Origin: Ignavibacteriales bacterium
GTDB lineage: Bacteria; Bacteroidota; Ignavibacteria; Ignavibacteriales; Melioribacteraceae
Direction of reading: 5' to 3'
DNA length: 64,000 bases
Assembly: GCA_016177735.1 (NCBI GenBank)
Contig: JACOUS010000026.1
Location: 2,375 to 66,374, forward strand
Under the pieces are notes generated by a model. It was not told where the DNA came from, made no database searches, and saw nothing but the letters and a program-made list of their open reading frames with translations. Of the stretch, positions 59,420 to 64,000 are shown piece after piece. The first letter of the stretch is position 1; every line of letters starts with the position of its first letter. The position numbers and the translations under genes were made by a program.

Positions 59420-59936
59420 TTGTTTCCGGTCTCCCCTTCTTAAAGATCAATTCGAAAATTATTACGCCGCACATAAAATAAAAAGTAAGAAACATCAAAG
59501 TTGATGAGACTATTGTGAGGTAAATAAAATTTTTATCGATGTATCGCACAAGCCAGATCGAACCGAATGTTAGAACAACAGATATCAGCGGTTCTGCCAT
59601 CAAAAAACTTTTCCAAAATCCGTTAATAATAGAATTGAAGTAAAAAATTATTCCGATAGAAAAAAAAGCTAATGAAAGCCCGAAAATGTGGTTGTGTGTT
59701 GTAATCAACATTTCACTGATCGGCTTTGCGTATTGATCGGGTATGTCAAAATCATCACCCTGATTTTTTTCTGCGGTTTCCGAACCGTTAAATCTTTCTA
59801 CCGCACCTTTTGGCGTTAATGATGTTGTTGTACTTAGATATACCAAGCCAACACCGGTGCCGATTGAAATTACAACAACAAATATCAGCAAAAAAGATTT
59901 TAATTCTTTCGGCAGCAGATAAAGACAAATACTCAT
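59409..59936 (-). CDS. 4-TM membrane protein of unknown function
   Basis: 175 aa with a conserved-looking ITTHNHIFGLS segment. ATGA overlap with the upstream FMN-binding gene. Confidence 0.5.
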   Translation of the reverse strand: MSICLYLLPKELKSFLLIFVVVISIGTGVGLVYLSTTTSLTPKGAVERFNGSETAEKNQGDDFDIPDQYAKPISEMLITTHNHIFGLSLAFFSIGIIFYFNSIINGFWKSFLMAEPLISVVLTFGSIWLVRYIDKNFIYLTIVSSTLMFLTFYFMCGVIIFELIFKKGRPETIIV

Positions 59937-60469
59937 AAAATATTTTTTACCTCTTTGTAAAGAAGAACCAATTTTTTGATGCCGCGTGTTACCGAATTTA
60001 CCGAAATGGTTGCCCCGCTGATTGAATTGATCTCTTTTCCAATTTGGAAGGACGAATTCTCGTCCCTCCCTTTAAATTGTTTCAACCAATTTTCTTCGGT
60101 TACTTGTCCACCGTAGGATTCTCTGTATTTAATAATTTCGCTTGTTATTACTTTCCCGTCATTATCGAGGATAACAAGAAAAGTTATCGGAAGCGATTTG
60201 CCGTTTACATTATCTAAAATTGCGGTACTGATGTTTTTCTCCCCGTCAAAAATTTTCCACACATAAACAAAATCGTTGTGAAATCTTTGTCCGGCAGATT
60301 TTTCAACTTTGTTCTTTACATCAGCCGGTATTGCAAATTTTTCGAACCGCAATTCGTAACGGTTCGAATAATATGATCGAAGAAATTCTTCTGCTTCATC
60401 TTTCAATGTTCTGTTCGCATTGGAAAATATCAAATCAAATAATAAAAAGGCAATCGTAAAAAATTTCAT
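59933..60469 (-). CDS. Exported FMN-binding (FMN_bind) domain protein
   Basis: 178 aa. Signal peptide and a SISGATIS flavinylation-type motif near the C-terminus. Confidence 0.65.
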   Translation of the reverse strand: MKFFTIAFLLFDLIFSNANRTLKDEAEEFLRSYYSNRYELRFEKFAIPADVKNKVEKSAGQRFHNDFVYVWKIFDGEKNISTAILDNVNGKSLPITFLVILDNDGKVITSEIIKYRESYGGQVTEENWLKQFKGRDENSSFQIGKEINSISGATISVNSVTRGIKKLVLLYKEVKNIL

Positions 60470-60483
60470 CGCTTCCTCATTTA

Positions 60484-61548
60484 TTAAAACATGTAGCCTA
60501 CGCCAAGATTAAACGATTTGGTTTTGAGATCGCCAAGTTCACGTTTGCGAACACCATAATCTGCTTTGAATACAACCTGATCAAGCGGTTTAACCGAAAG
60601 ACCGACCATCCAGTATGTGTAGTGATTTTGTTTTTCGGAATTGCCGCTGCTCACTGTTTCGTATGCTGTGTTATAATCGGTGTATCGTACAAAAGGAATC
60701 ACTTTCGTTTCAATATTCAAAAGACTGCTAACGTTATAGCCGAGATCAAAATAATATCCGCGTGAAGTCTGCAAATTTCCTTTTTCGTAATCGATGTTGC
60801 CGAATTCAAAATTTGCATAGATATTATCTTTTGCATATTGCCCGTGCAAATCAATTATATTTATTTTGTTAGAAGAAGTATCGCCGGATGCTTTATTGTA
60901 TGTATACGATCCGCCGATTTTTAATCCCGGGAAACCGACATAATCCAATCTGAAATTATAGAGTAAGTTTTTTGCATCGGCTTTGAATCCTTTTCTTCTG
61001 CCGCTGCGGATTCCGCCGCTCTCGCTGAATTTTTCGTTATTCAACCCTTCCATAATTGTTATTTTATAATCGAACGACATGTGCCTACCGTAAAACGCAA
61101 TTCCGTTTCCAAACCAGGTTGTAGGAATAATCTTGTTGTTGTATTCGGGGCGCTCAACACCAAAAAATATCGGCGGCTCGTGATATTCATTTATTAATCC
61201 GATTGATGGAAGAACAACGCCGGCTTGAAATCCAAACCAATCTGCGTAATGATAATTAATATATGCTTGTTCCAATTCCAATTCGCCGTCGCCTCCTTCA
61301 ACATAATTATGTTCCAATTCAAGTTCGGATTTGAACGACCACTTCTCGCTCCACGAATATCCAAGAAATGTTACAAATCTGTGAAAATCAAATGACTGCG
61401 TTACCGGCTTGTTATCAACTTTTTCACTGTTGTAGTGAAGTTCACCATAAGCAGAAACAGTCAATTTGGGTTCAAAGAATTCATCATTTTGTGCTGAAAG
61501 ATTTATTGTGAAAACGATTAAAATGAGTGCAAAAAACAAGTTCTTCAT
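60484..61548 (-). CDS. Porin-like outer-membrane beta-barrel
   Basis: 354 aa. Signal peptide, alternating beta pattern, and a C-terminal aromatic (GVGYMF). Confidence 0.55.
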   Translation of the reverse strand: MKNLFFALILIVFTINLSAQNDEFFEPKLTVSAYGELHYNSEKVDNKPVTQSFDFHRFVTFLGYSWSEKWSFKSELELEHNYVEGGDGELELEQAYINYHYADWFGFQAGVVLPSIGLINEYHEPPIFFGVERPEYNNKIIPTTWFGNGIAFYGRHMSFDYKITIMEGLNNEKFSESGGIRSGRRKGFKADAKNLLYNFRLDYVGFPGLKIGGSYTYNKASGDTSSNKINIIDLHGQYAKDNIYANFEFGNIDYEKGNLQTSRGYYFDLGYNVSSLLNIETKVIPFVRYTDYNTAYETVSSGNSEKQNHYTYWMVGLSVKPLDQVVFKADYGVRKRELGDLKTKSFNLGVGYMF

Positions 61549-61657
61549 TTGTACAGCTCCCTTTTTATATTGGTAAATGTAATTTTTATTTAGACTAAAT
61601 ATAAATTAGAGAGAGTAATTTTACAACTCTTTGCTGAAAAAATTTCTAAAAAAAATT

Positions 61658-62521
61658 TTATTGGAGTGGATTTGTTACTTCGGCAAGAATAATCCATGAG
61701 GATTTTTTTTTCTGCCATACTCGCATGTAATTATATTTTATAGGTTGTTCGGATGGGCTTTTGTGGACGAGCAAAGTACCGTAAGTATAACCAATATCTT
61801 TCGATGAAGAAATTTTGCCGTCCGCCGGAATGAATTCATGCTTCCCTTCCAATCGCGACAAATATTCTTCTATTGATTTTGTACCATTAATTGGTAATAA
61901 TTCATCGCGCAGTAATCGAGTTGATGAGTCAATATATTTTTTATAAGATGCTTGTAACCCATTACTATTCGTCTCGTTAGCAAATTGTTTATCGAGTAAA
62001 ATCAATCCATCAGCCGACAGCGGCTCAACAATTTTTTGATTTTGGGAACGTGCGAAATCAGTATTATATTTGAGCGGAGATTCAATCTCAGCGGGCTTAT
62101 CGTTGGAGTTTCCAAAATCAATTAAAAATTTCCAACTGCCATCCTTTTGTAATTGCCACACAGTACAGAAATTTCCAAAAGCTATAGGAGCACTATCTTT
62201 ATCTTTTTTATAATCCCACGGTCCAATAGTAAAACCCATACAACCATCGGATGATATTTCAGCGGCAACCGGATACCAACTCAATAAGCCGGCGGCCGGT
62301 TCTCTATTAAGTAGAAAGTTTTTCCCGTTAACCGAGGTGGGTCGGAATAAAATTCCATCTTCAGCAATAAATTCAATAAATGCATCTCGCGTATTGACTT
62401 CTGCTGCCCTTGCAGCAAACGAAAACTCTGCGGCTATCAAAGAATTGATGTTGGAATTTTTATTCTGCGGATAAAATGTTGACACAAAAAACAAAACAAA
62501 AAAAATAATTCCACTTTTCAT
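61658..62521 (-). CDS. Secreted protein, apparently tandem NTF2-like/DUF4440-like; function unknown
   Basis: 287 aa. Signal peptide. AAEFSFAARAAEVNTRDAFIEFIAEDGILF and a second, weaker repeat. Confidence 0.4.
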   Translation of the reverse strand: MKSGIIFFVLFFVSTFYPQNKNSNINSLIAAEFSFAARAAEVNTRDAFIEFIAEDGILFRPTSVNGKNFLLNREPAAGLLSWYPVAAEISSDGCMGFTIGPWDYKKDKDSAPIAFGNFCTVWQLQKDGSWKFLIDFGNSNDKPAEIESPLKYNTDFARSQNQKIVEPLSADGLILLDKQFANETNSNGLQASYKKYIDSSTRLLRDELLPINGTKSIEEYLSRLEGKHEFIPADGKISSSKDIGYTYGTLLVHKSPSEQPIKYNYMRVWQKKKSSWIILAEVTNPLQ

Positions 62522-62591
62522 TTCGACTCCATTTTACGACGAGTAAATAATAATCTTCCCCATCAACATCAATGGAGTAATTAAGTGCGAA

Positions 62592-63116
62592 TCATTTTTT
62601 TTGTTCTTCCTTCTTCTCAAAATTTAACGAGGCAGAATTAATACAGTACCGCAGCCCGGTTGGATTTGGTCCGTCATTAAACACATGACCGAGATGCCCG
62701 CCGCATTTACTGCATAGCACTTCTATTCTGTACATACTGTGGCTGTAATCATCTTGAGTTGCAATTCTACTTTGAGATTCCGGCGCATAAAAACTAGGCC
62801 AGCCGCAGCCTGAATCAAATTTAGTATCCGATTCAAAAAGTATTTCACCGCAAGCGGCACACTTGTAAATGCCTTCTTCTTTGCTGTCCCAATATTTGCC
62901 GGTGAATGGTCTTTCTGTTCCCCTATCCCGGAGAACGTGATATTGCTCCGGCGTTAAAATCTCTTTCCAATCTTTGTCGGATTTACTCACTTTCTCAGAC
63001 ATAGATTTCCCTTTCTTAATTTCTTTTGTATCGTTTGATTGCTGCGCACTGCATTTTGTTAAGAGCAGAAAAAAGATTACGGCAAAGAAAATTTTCGGGT
63101 AATAATTTCTTTTCAC
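62592..63116 (-). CDS. msrB: Peptide-methionine (R)-S-oxide reductase with a lipoprotein-type signal
   Basis: 174 aa. Zn site CAAC...CSKC and catalytic RYCINS. N-terminal LLLTKC lipobox. GTG start. Confidence 0.9.
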   Translation of the reverse strand: MKRNYYPKIFFAVIFFLLLTKCSAQQSNDTKEIKKGKSMSEKVSKSDKDWKEILTPEQYHVLRDRGTERPFTGKYWDSKEEGIYKCAACGEILFESDTKFDSGCGWPSFYAPESQSRIATQDDYSHSMYRIEVLCSKCGGHLGHVFNDGPNPTGLRYCINSASLNFEKKEEQKK

Positions 63117-63179
63117 GGTACTACCTTCTTTTTTATCGGTATAGACGGATAGATCGGATTTTCCTTACAAGCAGAAGTG

Positions 63180-64000
63180 CTATCTCATTCTTTTCAAATA
63201 GCTTTCGGTTTCCTCAAGGGAATTAAAATAACCGATACGAACACGGTACCATGTGCCGCCGCGGTTTGAAATGTACACTTCGGTAATGAAAGCATTGTGT
63301 CCCAACTTTTTCAAACGTTCAACTTCAGACTCAGCTTTTGATTTAATTTTCCACGAGGAAACTTGGAAACAGTATTGTGTACCATCGGTAAAAATCGTTC
63401 CGTGCAAATTCTTCTCTTCGGAAAGCGAATAATCCGAATTAGCTTCAGCTGTAGTTTTTGTGGAAGGTTTACTCTCTTTTTGTTTACTCATTGGAGCGGC
63501 TTCTGTTTCCTCACTTAATTTTTTGTCTATAAATTTTTCCGTTAACGATTCCCTTTTATCAATAGTTTTTGAAGTATCCTTTGTTGCAGCTTGCGTTTTC
63601 TCGGATTTAGTTGAAGCAGTTTTCCCTTTAACTGTATTTTTTGAAACTTCTGAGGCGGCACTTTCGTTATTTTTTTTAGTGATTATCTCTACCGATTTAT
63701 CATAAACTGCTTTCATAATCTCGTTGGAATCAATCGGCACAGCTAACGTAGGATTTCCAACAGATAAGCCGGGCAAAGATGTTTCGCCGATAATTTTCCA
63801 GTTGCCGTCATAAAACAAAGTTCCGATTACAGTATATTTTTTTTCCGTTTTGTTGAAAAAAATCTGCGACTTGATGCTCTTTGCATTTTTATTTATCGAA
63901 CCGACAAGCACCGGTTCTTTATAAATAGTGAGGCACAAGGAAGTAATTTGCGATTCTGTTTGTTTTACATTCGATGTATCCAAATAGACATTTTGTTCCG
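63180..64000 (-). CDS. SPOR domain protein; its N-terminus may lie beyond the window
   Basis: C-terminal SPOR fold (YCFQVSSWKIKSKAESEVERLKKLGHNAFI...WYRVRIGYFNSLEE). The frame stays open from the TTG at 63983 to the window edge. Confidence 0.7.
   Translation of the reverse strand, partial: EQNVYLDTSNVKQTESQITSLCLTIYKEPVLVGSINKNAKSIKSQIFFNKTEKKYTVIGTLFYDGNWKIIGETSLPGLSVGNPTLAVPIDSNEIMKAVYDKSVEIITKKNNESAASEVSKNTVKGKTASTKSEKTQAATKDTSKTIDKRESLTEKFIDKKLSEETEAAPMSKQKESKPSTKTTAEANSDYSLSEEKNLHGTIFTDGTQYCFQVSSWKIKSKAESEVERLKKLGHNAFITEVYISNRGGTWYRVRIGYFNSLEETESYLKRMR

Overview
AT-rich, gene-dense bacterial chromosomal window with about 65 protein genes, mostly in long minus-strand operons joined by 1-8 nt start/stop overlaps. 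Gene content and order suggest an FCB-group organism, possibly Ignavibacteria-like; this is inference only. Main blocks, in order: (1) murB, comEC, dtd and prmC. (2) A roughly 15 kb respiratory block at 6.8-21.5 kb holding Alternative Complex III (actA, actB, actC, fused actDE, actF), an aa3-type cytochrome c oxidase (coxA/B/C plus subunit IV), SCO1, ctaB and two extra membrane-bound monohaem cytochromes c. (3) ispB-like, tatC, glyA, an envelope cluster, gmhB-like and glgA. (4) A plus-strand histidine/formimino-THF cluster (hutI, glutamate formimidoyltransferase, cyclodeaminase) and a DUF1343/NamZ-like gene. (5) A decayed RelE-type toxin-antitoxin pair. (6) mltG, tsaD, proline dehydrogenase, coaE, rny and zapA. 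(7) The conserved thrS-infC-rpmI-rplT-pheS-pheT cluster. (8) A tRNA locus (Val-GAC, Leu-UAA, CAU) with two truncated tRNA-Val-like copies and an ORF6N pseudogene beside it. (9) htpG, tatA, a MATE pump, rhodanese plus SufE, an EamA transporter, a porin/FMN-binding/4-TM module, msrB and a SPOR protein. I found no rRNA, no CRISPR array and no intact transposase, integrase or reverse transcriptase. The least explained signals are non-coding or very small. These are two related intergenic elements with a co-varying closing stem (6.7 kb and 33.2 kb). There is a recurring CCCGAC-GAA-GTCGGG hairpin that also replaces the anticodon arm in the tRNA-like copies. A ~195 nt long-helix RNA candidate lies between zapA and rny. 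An unlisted 58-59 codon Tat-signal-like ORF sits between actA and actB. All family calls come from motifs read by eye; no database search was run.
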